Origin: Gammaproteobacteria bacterium
GTDB lineage: Bacteria; Pseudomonadota; Gammaproteobacteria; SZUA-229
Direction: 5' to 3'
Length of the DNA stretch: 64,000 bases
NCBI GenBank assembly: GCA_015488885.1
Contig: WFMW01000031.1
Location: 5,566 to 69,565, forward strand
Shown in pieces: positions 1 to 11,344 of this stretch. The translations under genes were made by a program, and so were the position numbers. The notes below the pieces were generated by a model. The model was given only the letters and a program-made list of their open reading frames with translations. It was not told the origin of the DNA and made no database searches. Numbering within the stretch: the first letter of the stretch is position 1; the number at the start of each line of letters is the position of its first letter.

Positions 1-948
1 AAAACCTGCCTCGGTGAGCAAAAAGGTACGATTATTACTGCCCTGCCGCTGTACCATATTTTTTCCCTGACCGCGAACTGCCTGACTTTTATGCGTTATG
101 GCTGGTGCAATTACCTGATTACCAACCCGCGAGATATTAATGGTTTTGTTAAAGAACTACAGGCAACAAAGTTTGAAGTTATGACCGGAGTCAATACACT
201 GTTTAATGGCTTGCTCAACCATCCCGGCTTCAGGCAACTGGATTTTTCCCATTTCCATTTTGCCCTCGGTGGTGGCATGGCGGTTCAGCGTGGCGTTGCT
301 GAACAGTGGCGTGAAGTCACCGGCACCACATTAATTGAAGCCTATGGTTTAACCGAAACCTCACCTGCCGCCTGTATGAACCCCATGACTCTGGAAGAGT
401 TTAACGGCAAAATCGGTTTACCCATATCTTCAACTGAAGCCAGCATACAGGATGATGACTGGCATATATTAGCCACAGATGAAACGGGTGAAATCTGCAT
501 TCGCGGCCCTCAGGTTATGCAGGGTTACTGGCAGCGCCCAAAAGAAACCGCCAATGTATTAAGCAATGACGGCTGGTTACACACGGGTGATATTGGCTTT
601 ATGGATGAAAACGGCTTTATTCAGATCGTCGATCGTAAAAAAGACATGATTCTGGTATCCGGTTTTAATGTGTTCCCCAACGAAGTGGAGGAAGTCATTG
701 CCGCCCACCCAGCCGTACTGGAAGTGGGGGTTATCGGTAAGCCGGATGAACACAGTGGTGAGGCAGTAGTGGCTATTGTGGTACGCAAGGGCGAGGTCAG
801 TGAAGAAGAACTACGCAGCTTCTGCCGCGAGAGCCTGACCAGTTATAAAGTACCAAAATCTATCATCTTTACCGAGGAGCTACCTAAAACAAATGTGGGT
901 AAAATTCTACGACGTGAATTGCGTGACAGGTATCAGGAGATTATCTGA
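1..948 (+). CDS. fadD: Long-chain fatty-acid--CoA ligase, C-terminal part. The 5' end is truncated by the window edge; the reading frame is open from nt 1.
   Basis: AMP-binding enzyme C-terminal motifs (GWLHTGDIG, DRKKDMI, VPKSIIFTEELPKTNVGKILRR). The frame continues upstream of the first ATG to position 1. Confidence 0.8.
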   Translation, partial: KTCLGEQKGTIITALPLYHIFSLTANCLTFMRYGWCNYLITNPRDINGFVKELQATKFEVMTGVNTLFNGLLNHPGFRQLDFSHFHFALGGGMAVQRGVAEQWREVTGTTLIEAYGLTETSPAACMNPMTLEEFNGKIGLPISSTEASIQDDDWHILATDETGEICIRGPQVMQGYWQRPKETANVLSNDGWLHTGDIGFMDENGFIQIVDRKKDMILVSGFNVFPNEVEEVIAAHPAVLEVGVIGKPDEHSGEAVVAIVVRKGEVSEEELRSFCRESLTSYKVPKSIIFTEELPKTNVGKILRRELRDRYQEII

Positions 949-1168
949 GGATAAAGCAGGAGATACCAACGCCTCCACGCTCTGCGCCATGGCATTCACT
1001 GCACTCTGCGTTGAAAGCAGATGTTTAACAGTAACGGCCTGAATAAATATCACGGAATAAGCGTATTTCCCGGTATATTCAAATCGGGGACTGTACCTGC
1101 CTGCTAGATTAGCGCAAAATACCCCGAAATAAACTTAACGCTTACTTCATCCCGATACATCCACACTT

Positions 1169-1651
1169 ATGGTTAGACTTGTTCTGTTAATCGCCGTCCT
1201 TGGTGTCGCCCTGCTGCTATGGTACAAAATAAAAACGGCCCCGGCGGAAGAACGTAAAAAGACCATTTTCTGGACAATGCTCAGTGCCTTTGGTGCAATA
1301 TTAGTATTACTGGCACTGACCGGGCATTTAAGTCTGATTACGGCAGCTATTGCCGGTTTATTTGCACTGGCACCACGGGTTATACAATATGCAAAATACC
1401 TGCCATTTATACAACAGAAATTTCAACAGACACAGTCCAGTCATCAGGAATATCAGCAATCGACCAGCACCCGCAGGCAGAGTATCAGCAAACAACAGGC
1501 TTATGAAATTCTGGGTCTGAAACCTGGTTGCAGCCGGGATGAAATTAACCGTGCGCACAAACGGATGATGCAGAAAATGCACCCCGACCGTGGTGGTTCC
1601 GATTATCTGGCCGCACAGATCAATCAGGCCAAAGATATCTTACTGAGTTAG
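1169..1651 (+). CDS. Small membrane-anchored J-domain protein (mini DjlA-like)
   Basis: Two N-terminal hydrophobic helices. C-terminal J-domain signature YEILGL...HPDRGG...AKDILL. Confidence 0.6.
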   Translation: MVRLVLLIAVLGVALLLWYKIKTAPAEERKKTIFWTMLSAFGAILVLLALTGHLSLITAAIAGLFALAPRVIQYAKYLPFIQQKFQQTQSSHQEYQQSTSTRRQSISKQQAYEILGLKPGCSRDEINRAHKRMMQKMHPDRGGSDYLAAQINQAKDILLS

Positions 1652-1703
1652 ACAGAATACAGTAAAATAAGCTGATTTTTAATCACCCATAGAATAATCA
1701 GCT

Positions 1704-2021
1704 GTGCCCTATACTACCCTTGCGAGCCTTAAAGACCTTAAAACACGAAGATTAATGTGTGTTATTTCAGGTACTTATCGTATTTTACTTGCCTATACCA
1801 ATGGCACTGTTTTTGCCGTTGACGATATGTGTACGCATGAAGACGCTTCTTTGAGTAAGGGTTCTCTCCATGGTAATTGTGTAAAATGTCCCTTGCATGG
1901 CAGCCGTTTTGATTTATTAACCGGCACCGCACTGGATGAACCGGCAGAAGATAATCTACACTGCTACGAGGTAAAAATCGATGGCGATACTATTCAGGTA
2001 AAGCTTCCCTTATCCAGGTAA
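1704..2021 (+). CDS. Rieske [2Fe-2S] domain protein (NirD-like small ferredoxin)
   Basis: CTHE-x16-CPLH (CxH...CxxH) Rieske motif. About 100 aa. The true start may be the internal Met at about 1758. Confidence 0.6.
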   Translation: MPYTTLASLKDLKTRRLMCVISGTYRILLAYTNGTVFAVDDMCTHEDASLSKGSLHGNCVKCPLHGSRFDLLTGTALDEPAEDNLHCYEVKIDGDTIQVKLPLSR

Positions 2022-2054
2022 AACCTCCCTGATCACCAACACCAGAACACAACC

Positions 2055-3194
2055 ATGAATACAGCAGAAACCTTACTTCAACAATCGCCCAGAACCATTA
2101 TGCGCGCCATTATTCAGCGTATTGCCACCGGCCCGAATATGAGCAAGAATATTTCTCAGGATGAGGCTCGTGCCGGTATGCTTGCGGTGCTCGATAAAGC
2201 TGTCGATCCGGTACAGGCGGCTATCTTCCTTATTGCCCTGCGGATGAAACGAGAAACTGATGAGGAAAATCTTGGTATTCTTGATGCTATCCAGGCACGT
2301 TCCAGTATCGTCAGCAGCCATGTTGATGAGATTCTGGATTTATCCGACCCCTATAATGGCTATAACCGAACCCTGCCAGCCGCGCCGTTTCTGCCCGCGG
2401 TACTGGCTGCCTGCGGTATTGCCAGCGTTTCACATGGCGTTGAAACCATGAGTCCGAAATTCGGCATTACTCATCATCGTGTCCTTAAAGCGGCAGGGCT
2501 ACCCGTCGATTTAACAGTAGAAGCTGCTGTCTCACAAATTGAGAATGCTTCAGCTGGCTGGGCTTATGTTGATCAAAAGGCTTATTGCCCGGCGCTGCAT
2601 GCGCTCACTGACCTGCGTACCAATATGGTTAAACGTCAGGTTATTACCACAGTCGAGGTCTTAACCGGCCCGATACGTGGCAAACATAAGACCCATTTAA
2701 TGTCCGGTTATGTGCACACCCCCTATACCCGGGTTTATGCCATGCTTGCCCGCCATTCAGGCTTTGACAGCTGCCTGATGATTCGTGGCGTTGAAGGCGG
2801 TATTACCCCGTCACTGCGCCAGAACGGCAGAGTTTTTTACTACCATCAACGGGGCGAGGAACAGGCGCAGGACTTTAATCCTGCTGATATTGGCATTAGC
2901 CAGACTGTTCGTGCCACCCCGCTGCCCGAAAATCTACCGCCTGCCCCGGAAAATGAGGATGTAAGCGCCGATTTTGATGTGGATGCAGCGGCCAAAATGG
3001 CCGCAGATGAAGGCCTGGCCGCACTTGCCGGAAACCCTGGCAGCACTTATGATGCACTGGTGTATTCGACAGCCATTGCCTTATGGCACCGGCAAAAATT
3101 TGATAATATTAAGGCAGCGGCCAGTCAAGCCCGCCAGGTACTGGACAATGGTGAAGCGCTGCAACATTTTAACGCTGCCAGACATCAACCCTGA
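2055..3194 (+). CDS. Glycosyltransferase family 3 (TrpD-like, YbiB/TrpD2-type) protein with an acidic C-terminal extension
   Basis: The N-terminal region resembles the TrpD helical domain (EARAGMLAVL...AAIFLIALRMKRETDEE). The KHGNR/GTGGD catalytic motifs are degenerate (SHGVETMSPKFG), as in non-catalytic TrpD2 proteins. Confidence 0.5.
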   Translation: MNTAETLLQQSPRTIMRAIIQRIATGPNMSKNISQDEARAGMLAVLDKAVDPVQAAIFLIALRMKRETDEENLGILDAIQARSSIVSSHVDEILDLSDPYNGYNRTLPAAPFLPAVLAACGIASVSHGVETMSPKFGITHHRVLKAAGLPVDLTVEAAVSQIENASAGWAYVDQKAYCPALHALTDLRTNMVKRQVITTVEVLTGPIRGKHKTHLMSGYVHTPYTRVYAMLARHSGFDSCLMIRGVEGGITPSLRQNGRVFYYHQRGEEQAQDFNPADIGISQTVRATPLPENLPPAPENEDVSADFDVDAAAKMAADEGLAALAGNPGSTYDALVYSTAIALWHRQKFDNIKAAASQARQVLDNGEALQHFNAARHQP

Positions 3195-3221
3195 TAGCAG
3201 CATTAACACAGATAAAAACCT

Positions 3222-3512
3222 ATGCCAATATCCACTGAAAAAAAAACCGACACCCGTGACCGCCTGAAGCGTGACCCCGACTTTCGTGAGGCATTTCTGG
3301 TTAAGGCACGCAACATGTACCGCAAAGCCCTGGTCTATAATGAAAGCCTTGAAGATGAGATTAATCGTTTTGAACAGATTATGGGTGCTGCCCCGGATAC
3401 TTATGAATTTATACCCGGAGAACTTGATGAAATTGATATATTTGAGCACCTGCTTGATGCTTATGACAACCAGCTTTTAGAAGATGAAAAAGCCGCAAGT
3501 ACCATTAATTAA
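3222..3512 (+). CDS. Small acidic hypothetical protein (96 aa)
   Basis: Open frame with a plausible start. No recognisable domain. Confidence 0.35.
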   Translation: MPISTEKKTDTRDRLKRDPDFREAFLVKARNMYRKALVYNESLEDEINRFEQIMGAAPDTYEFIPGELDEIDIFEHLLDAYDNQLLEDEKAASTIN

Positions 3513-3549
3513 GGAGCCCGGACAAATCACCCGGATAAAAGGTTCAGTC

Positions 3550-4209
3550 ATGAAATTTTATTTCCCAAAAAACACCACCCTCTGGCTGATTACCGCCAGC
3601 CTGTTGATCACGGCCTGTACAAAACCTGCTGAAAATCCACAACAGGTCGCGGAAAAATACTGGCAACTGATTCAGTCAGGGAATACAAAAGCCGCAAAAT
3701 TACTGGTTAGCAGCCAGAGCCGCCCGACTTTTGATGCTGATATGAAACAGTTAAAACCTGTCAAAAGCTTTATTCTGAAGGGGAGCCGTACCAGCGTTAC
3801 CACCGTGCTTAATCCATCAGCAAACAACCCGGCATCCAACCGGTCTTTTACTTTTAATACGATACTGGTACTTGAACATGGGCAATGGAAAGTAGATACC
3901 AGCCAGACCCATATTCCCGCCGCCCCGGATACAGCAAGCCAGCAAAAACTGACCAATGATATCTCCCGGTCAATACACGATAACCTGAACACCATGAACA
4001 GCGAGATGAATAAAGGTATAAAGCTACTCAATGAAGCGCTTCAAGAAGGCTCAAAAGATATGAGTGATTCCTTTGTTAAAGGCATGAAACAACTCAATGA
4101 ATCGATGAAAAAATCTATCGAAAAACTCAAACGCCGCCGCCAGCAGGATAACCCACAACCGATAGCGCCCGCGATACCCGACAGGAATAAAGGTGAAGGC
4201 GTAATATGA
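3550..4209 (+). CDS. Lipoprotein with an NTF2-like N-terminal region and a C-terminal coiled coil
   Basis: Lipobox LITAC after a signal peptide starting MKFYFPKNTT. The Lys/Glu-rich C-terminus has heptad character. The ORF track start at 3484 overlaps the previous gene, so the internal ATG at 3550 is preferred. Confidence 0.5.
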   Translation: MKFYFPKNTTLWLITASLLITACTKPAENPQQVAEKYWQLIQSGNTKAAKLLVSSQSRPTFDADMKQLKPVKSFILKGSRTSVTTVLNPSANNPASNRSFTFNTILVLEHGQWKVDTSQTHIPAAPDTASQQKLTNDISRSIHDNLNTMNSEMNKGIKLLNEALQEGSKDMSDSFVKGMKQLNESMKKSIEKLKRRRQQDNPQPIAPAIPDRNKGEGVI

Positions 4210-4535
4210 ATAAACAGATACTGCTGTTTTTTTTATTAGTAACTGCCAGCATTAACAGTTTTGCGATAACAGAATACAATAAATCTGTTGCCACTATTGG
4301 TGTAGGGGTAAATCTTAATGCCTCTTTAAGCGGTAACTTTAAACCAGTAGAAAAACTAACAACTAACTGTCTTTACAATGTATTATATTTTGATGCTACC
4401 AGTGATATTGGTAAAGCCATTTATTCAACATTATTAATGGCAAAAGCAGGCAGAAAGAAACTCTCACGCATTGATTATTTTCAGGCCCAGAATGGGCAGA
4501 TCTGCACACTGACATATGTGGAAATAGCCAATTAA
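4206..4535 (+). CDS. Small secreted protein (109 aa)
   Basis: Sec signal peptide (MNKQILLFFLLVTASINSFA). ATGA overlap with the upstream lipoprotein gene suggests an operon. Confidence 0.45.
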   Translation: MNKQILLFFLLVTASINSFAITEYNKSVATIGVGVNLNASLSGNFKPVEKLTTNCLYNVLYFDATSDIGKAIYSTLLMAKAGRKKLSRIDYFQAQNGQICTLTYVEIAN

Positions 4536-4612
4536 CTCGTAACCCGAATTGCAGTTGCTGGAAAAACCTCGACGCCCCATGTCTGAACATGGCCTGAGTC
4601 TGATCCGTCTGC

Positions 4613-4639
4613 AAACGTAGCTATTGCTACGTTTTTCGA
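4613..4639 (+). terminator. Rho-independent terminator: 9-bp stem AAACGTAGC / GCTACGTTT, loop TATT, then a T-run
   Basis: Perfect inverted repeat followed by TTTTT, about 80 bp after the stop of the 4206..4535 gene. It sits between convergent genes. Confidence 0.5.
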
Positions 4640-4677
4640 CGAATCAGTAGTCCATCAACACACCGTTGGCCTGTTTA

Positions 4678-6513
4678 TCAGGCAGGTTTTTGACCTGTTT
4701 GTATAGGTGGAGCGATAGACGCAGTGGCATTTTTATCTTTACCAATAAATTCCACTGTCTGGCATTCACGGAAAATACGCCGAGTACAGGTCTGGCAGAT
4801 GGATTTATCCAGCTTCTGGAAGATGGCATGCAAAGCTGCGGATTTGCCCTGAAAGACATGTCGAGGATCGATTCTCTCCATAGCGTGACCACTTTCAAGC
4901 GAATCCCATAAACCTTTCTTCACGTTAATAAGATACAGACCGCCGCCACGAGCACGGCGTTTTACCGCTTCATTGGCAATAACCTCGGCAGCAGCCAGGT
5001 CGGCAAAGCTGATTCCCTGTGCGACAATCGCCAGATGTTTCGCCTGTGGTTGCTGCCTTTCGATTCTGGCAAATTCTTCAAGAAGATACGATACCGAACC
5101 AAAGAACAGCGAACCATCTATGCGCATAATGTGTAATTGTGGACATTCGACAAGACGGCCACCGCCATCAGAAAATTTACGGTTGGGTAATGCGGGGTCT
5201 GGAACCCGGGTAACAATTCTGGGGTGCGAAACCCGCATCAGGTACAGCACCAGTGACAACAGGATACCGGCAAGGATAGCGAATTCCAGGTCGAGGAACA
5301 ATGCACCGAGAAAAGTAAGAGCAAAAATGGCACGCTCCGAGTTATTGGACTTGATGATATGTTTAATGGTGGGAATATCAATGAGTCCCCAGGCCACAAT
5401 AAACAGAATACCTGCCATGGCCGCATTGGGTAGATAAGCGACCAGCGGGGCGATAGCCAGGACAATAACGATTTCCAGAGAGCCAGCAAGCATTGCGCTC
5501 ACAGGAGTTTTGGCACCGGCCTGATAGTTCAGGCTGGAACGGTTGAAGGAGCCGGTTGCAACATAGGCTGAAAAGAAACTACCGGCCATATTGGACAAGC
5601 CCTGACCAATAAATTCCTGATTACCATCAATCATCTGGCCACTACGAATACCAATCGCTCGCCCGATAGAAACCGCCTCGGTGAGGGCAAACAGGGTCAT
5701 TGCTACCGCAGCAGGAGCCAGTTCTTTAATCGTGGTCAAGCTAAAGTCAGGCATGGAGATTGGTGGCAAAGTCTGGGGAATGGCACCAACCATGGGGATA
5801 TGTGTTGCCCCCGTTCCATAGAAGTAGTTTAATGCAAGGCTGGTGAACGATCCACTTAACAGCGCTACAATCAAATGTGGAATTTTGGGGAATAAACGTC
5901 TACTTAACAGACCTGAGAGCAGGGTCGCCAGCGCCACCGTTAGCACAAACATATTTATATGTGGTATCTGTTGCCAGAAACTCGATAGCGTATCAAGAAG
6001 GTGTCCGCCACGAGGAATCGGAACCCCGAAAAAGTTTTTCAGCTGTTTACTGGCAATAAGAATAGCAGCACCAGTGGTAAAACCAACCACCACCGAGTGG
6101 GAGATAAAATTAACAATGGTGCCCATACGCACCAGCCCCAGCGTTAATTCAATCAGGCCAACCATAAAGGTTAGGGTTAAAGCCAGGCCGACGTATTCCG
6201 GGCTTAGTGGTTCGGCAAAAACGCTCAGCGAAGATAGCAAAACAATGGATGCGGCAGTCGTCGGCCCCGACATCAGGTGCCAGGACGAGCCAAAAAAGGC
6301 GGCAACGATAGGGGGGATCATACCGGCATACAGGCCATATTGTGGTGGCATTCCAGCAATGGATGCAAAGGCAACCGCCTGGGGGATAACCACAATCGCA
6401 ACGGTTATTCCCGATATGATATCAGCACGCAGAGTTTGTCTGGTAACACGGTCTTTCCACTGAAGAAAAGGCAGCAGACGTAACTGCCATTCAGCGTATT
6501 GTTTATGGGACAT
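4678..6513 (-). CDS. SulP-family anion transporter with a C-terminal STAS domain (DauA/sulfate permease-like)
   Basis: The N-terminal region matches the SulP signature (GITVAIVVIPQAVAFASIAGMPPQYGLYAG). Multiple TM segments and a STAS region are present. A 60-aa Cys-containing tail (CQTCTRRIFRECQ) follows. Confidence 0.85.
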   Translation of the reverse strand: MSHKQYAEWQLRLLPFLQWKDRVTRQTLRADIISGITVAIVVIPQAVAFASIAGMPPQYGLYAGMIPPIVAAFFGSSWHLMSGPTTAASIVLLSSLSVFAEPLSPEYVGLALTLTFMVGLIELTLGLVRMGTIVNFISHSVVVGFTTGAAILIASKQLKNFFGVPIPRGGHLLDTLSSFWQQIPHINMFVLTVALATLLSGLLSRRLFPKIPHLIVALLSGSFTSLALNYFYGTGATHIPMVGAIPQTLPPISMPDFSLTTIKELAPAAVAMTLFALTEAVSIGRAIGIRSGQMIDGNQEFIGQGLSNMAGSFFSAYVATGSFNRSSLNYQAGAKTPVSAMLAGSLEIVIVLAIAPLVAYLPNAAMAGILFIVAWGLIDIPTIKHIIKSNNSERAIFALTFLGALFLDLEFAILAGILLSLVLYLMRVSHPRIVTRVPDPALPNRKFSDGGGRLVECPQLHIMRIDGSLFFGSVSYLLEEFARIERQQPQAKHLAIVAQGISFADLAAAEVIANEAVKRRARGGGLYLINVKKGLWDSLESGHAMERIDPRHVFQGKSAALHAIFQKLDKSICQTCTRRIFRECQTVEFIGKDKNATASIAPPIQTGQKPA

Positions 6514-6997
6514 TCTTTTTCCTCAATAAATTGATTGAAGCAGCCACGTATGCCTGAGCAGATATTTAAGTGAGTAGGCGGCTGGGGAAAAATTTATTTT
6601 TTTGCAACAGCGACCGGATTCGAGCAGGCTCACGGACTTCACCTATACAGAAAACTCGATACGACTTAGGAGCTTGTTAAATCATGGGTATGGCTGGCGT
6701 TTTCAGGCTATGAAGATTTCATAGTGTTATAGGTGCCAGCTAATAGAGCTTTCGTCGGCTGCGTATTGTACTCGAATTACGCAATAGTTTCCAAACTAAC
6801 TAATTATTGTACATTAAAGTTTATGCTACCATGCCGTATTAAGACATAGTCTTCTGTTTGACTTAGCCGGGATATTTCACAGAAACACTATAAAATTGTT
6901 TTAACACCACCCATTAATTAACGTTAATATTAATTCGTTTTAAATAAAATAGCCTCAAATAAAACAAAGAGATAGATAACTCCACGCATAAACAAAC

Positions 6998-7636
6998 ATG
7001 AAAGAACCTTTACGACAGCAACTTGCCGCCGGGCTTAAAACCATGGGGCTGTATTATCCGGTAGTCATGCAGCAAAAATTGATACACTATATACAGCTGA
7101 TTGCGCGCTGGAATAAGGCCTTTAATCTTACTGCAATCCGTAATATTGAGGAGATGGTCAGCAAACATCTGCTCGACAGCCTGGTGGTACAACCTTTTCT
7201 TGAAGGTGATACAGTGCTGGATGTGGGCAGTGGGGCCGGTCTGCCCGGGATTCCATTTGCCATTACCAGTCCAGCCCGACAATTTGTGTTGATTGATAGT
7301 AATGGAAAAAAAACTCGCTTTCTGCGGCAGGCCAAAATAGAGCTGGGACTGGATAATGTTGCCATTATTCATCAGCGAGTTGAAGATTATCACCCCATGA
7401 AGGATGGACATGCGATATACTTCGATGTAATTACGGCACGAGCGGTGGCGGATACCAGTGCTATTTTGGCCAGTACGGCACATTTACAGGGTAGCAACAG
7501 CGTGATTATGCTGATGCAGGGCAGACTTGATGAGCGGTTGACCTTACCGGGTTATCATCTGCTTGAAACCAGTCGCCTGATGGTTGCCGGTCTGGATGCG
7601 GAGCGTCATCTGGTGGAAATAAAAAAAACCAGTTAA
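6998..7636 (+). CDS. rsmG: 16S rRNA (guanine527-N7)-methyltransferase
   Basis: GidB family. A SAM-binding motif (VLDVGSGAGLPGIP) is present, and the gene sits directly upstream of parAB-atp. Confidence 0.9.
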   Translation: MKEPLRQQLAAGLKTMGLYYPVVMQQKLIHYIQLIARWNKAFNLTAIRNIEEMVSKHLLDSLVVQPFLEGDTVLDVGSGAGLPGIPFAITSPARQFVLIDSNGKKTRFLRQAKIELGLDNVAIIHQRVEDYHPMKDGHAIYFDVITARAVADTSAILASTAHLQGSNSVIMLMQGRLDERLTLPGYHLLETSRLMVAGLDAERHLVEIKKTS

Positions 7637-7667
7637 ATACTGATAGAGCATTATATAGATAATAATT

Positions 7668-8465
7668 ATGTCAAAAGTTCTCGCTCTGGCGAATCAAAAA
7701 GGTGGTGTGGGTAAAACCACGACCAGCGTTAATCTGGCGGCTTCGCTGGCTGCAACCAAACGTAAAATTTTGATGATTGATCTGGATCCTCAGGGTAATG
7801 CCACCATGGGTGTCGGGGTAGAAAAGACCACTCTGGATGTCACTTTTTGTGATGTCTTGCTTGATGGCCTGGACGTACATAAAGCAGTACAGCATATTGA
7901 AAACGTTGGCATTGATCTGTTACCGGCAAATGCTGATATGACAGCAGCAGAAGTGGAATTAATGCGTGCAGACAATGCCGAACAGCGACTTAAACAGGTC
8001 ATTGCACCCATTAAGGACGAATATGATTATGTATTAATCGACTGCCCTCCAGCTCTGAACATGTTAACCTTGAATGCCATGGTTGCCGCTGACGGGGTAA
8101 TCATTCCCATGCAGTGTGAATATTATGCGCTGGAAGGCTTAACGGCATTGATGGATACGATTGAGCAGGTACGTTCATCGATCAACCCGAAGCTTGAAAT
8201 TGAGGGTCTATTGCGTACCATGTACGATTCAAGAAACACACTGGCAAACGATGTATCGGCACAGTTAATTGAGTATTTTGGCGACCGGGTTTATCGCACC
8301 GTAGTACCTCGCAATGTACGCCTTGCTGAAGCGCCCAGCCATGGCCTGCCTGCCCTGCTCTACGAAAAAACCTCACGTGGCGCGCTGGCGTATCTGGCGC
8401 TGGCTGGTGAGATGTTGCGCCGCGAAAGCCAGGCCAATGTTCTACGTCAGGCAGGTGTGAGTTAA
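7668..8465 (+). CDS. parA: Chromosome partitioning ATPase ParA/Soj
   Basis: Deviant Walker A (KGGVGKTTT). ParA family, 265 aa. Confidence 0.9.
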   Translation: MSKVLALANQKGGVGKTTTSVNLAASLAATKRKILMIDLDPQGNATMGVGVEKTTLDVTFCDVLLDGLDVHKAVQHIENVGIDLLPANADMTAAEVELMRADNAEQRLKQVIAPIKDEYDYVLIDCPPALNMLTLNAMVAADGVIIPMQCEYYALEGLTALMDTIEQVRSSINPKLEIEGLLRTMYDSRNTLANDVSAQLIEYFGDRVYRTVVPRNVRLAEAPSHGLPALLYEKTSRGALAYLALAGEMLRRESQANVLRQAGVS

Positions 8466-8503
8466 CCTGCAAAAAAAATACACATCCAGGAATATTCAAA
8501 TTT

Positions 8504-9367
8504 ATGGCAATAAAGAAAAAAGGGCTGGGGCGAGGGTTAACAGCATTACTGGGTAACAGTGATGTTGAAACCATGATTGAACCCAAAACCAATGATGAAC
8601 TTCGCGACCTTGATGTTGACCTGATCGTGCGAGGCCCCTGGCAGCCACGTGAACATTTTGATGAAGATACCCTGCAGGAACTGGCTGATTCCATAGCTAC
8701 CCAGGGGGTGGTGCAGCCTATTGTCGTCCGTCAGGCGGCCGGTGGTAAGTTTGAAATTGTGGCTGGCGAGCGACGCTGGCGGGCAACACAAAAGGCCGGC
8801 CTGTCACAGATACCGGCAGTGGTTAAATATTTTAATGATCAGACAGCGGCGGCTGTTTCACTGATTGAAAATATTCAGCGTGAAAATTTAAATCCGCTGG
8901 AAGAATCCACCGCCCTGAAACGCCTGATTGACGAATTTTCCATGACCCATCAACAGGTTGCCGATACGGTCGCACGCTCACGTGCAGCAGTGAGCAATCT
9001 ATTACGCCTGCAGGAATTAAATAACGATGTTAAAAAGCTGCTAGCAACACATGAAATAGAAATGGGACACGCCCGCGCCCTGCTTGGCATTGAAGGGCCA
9101 GAACAGAGTCGGCTGGCAAAAGAGGTGGCGCACAAAAAATTATCCGTACGCGCCACTGAAACACTGGTGCGCAAACAGTTACAGCCGACAGCAAAGCCAA
9201 AAGTAGCGACCAGAGATCCCGATATTACACAGTTGGAAAATCGCCTGTCTGAATCGCTCGGTACGCCGGTTGTCATCAGACAAAAAGCAAATGGCAGCGG
9301 TTGCCTCGAAATCACCTATAATAGCCTGGAAATACTGGACGGTATTCTATGTAAAATTGAATCGTAA
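8504..9367 (+). CDS. parB: Chromosome partitioning protein ParB/Spo0J
   Basis: ParB N-terminal domain (GERRWRA), an HTH region and a C-terminal dimerisation region. Confidence 0.9.
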   Translation: MAIKKKGLGRGLTALLGNSDVETMIEPKTNDELRDLDVDLIVRGPWQPREHFDEDTLQELADSIATQGVVQPIVVRQAAGGKFEIVAGERRWRATQKAGLSQIPAVVKYFNDQTAAAVSLIENIQRENLNPLEESTALKRLIDEFSMTHQQVADTVARSRAAVSNLLRLQELNNDVKKLLATHEIEMGHARALLGIEGPEQSRLAKEVAHKKLSVRATETLVRKQLQPTAKPKVATRDPDITQLENRLSESLGTPVVIRQKANGSGCLEITYNSLEILDGILCKIES

Positions 9368-9449
9368 CTATTTGATAAAAAGGTCTAAATAATTACCGGC
9401 CTTGTTATACAAACAGGCAATAGAATTTCTTTATGCGTGCATTGCGATG

Positions 9450-9479
9450 TTGACCTCGAACGGTGCCGTCATATATAAT
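9450..9479 (+). promoter_or_regulatory. Candidate sigma70 promoter of the atp operon (TTGACC - 17 nt - TATATAAT)
   Basis: Near-consensus -35 and -10 hexamers about 60 bp upstream of atpI. Confidence 0.4.
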
Positions 9480-9535
9480 TCGCGCGCATTCACCCCTCCC
9501 ATAGGGAATACTATTGGGGTAGATTGCCAGTGTAA

Positions 9536-10857
<1,322 letters not shown>

Positions 10858-10984
10858 TGTCAGGAGGCAGTCCTGGAATGGAACTCGCCAAAGTGCACTT
10901 TAAAATAGTGGTACCTGCATCGGTAAAACGTGACAGATGCCGTTTTTTATAAGTTTTTAATGATTTTTAATTTTTAATTTTTAG

Positions 10985-11224
<240 letters not shown>

Positions 11225-11344
11225 TCAAACAGTTATTTTATTTTAATGATTTTATAGCTGTTTTATTGTCGATTTTATTTGTTGATAGTAGATAAACGAT
11301 ACTAGATAATCGATGGTAGATAAATAAAGAAGGCGGAGTTCTTT

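Noticed and set aside
4644-4911. Overlapping ORFs 4644..4898 (-) and 4666..4911 (+) at the 3' end of sulP.
   Set aside because: Both are embedded in the sulP C-terminal coding region, and the sulP frame is continuous and conserved.
6514-6997. Possible oriC upstream of rsmG.
   Set aside because: No DnaA-box consensus (TTATCCACA/TGTGGATAA) clusters or 13-mer AT repeats are recognisable. It is recorded as a synteny break, not as an origin.
8504-9367. A parS site (TGTTTCACGTGAAACA) within or near parB.
   Set aside because: No match to the 16-bp palindrome was found by eye in parAB or the flanking spacers.
10905-10945. Short hairpin (GCATC-N14-GATGC) followed by TTTTTT between atpB and atpE.
   Set aside because: The 5-bp stem is too weak for a terminator. 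It is probably part of the known atpE translational enhancer region, so it is not called as a feature.
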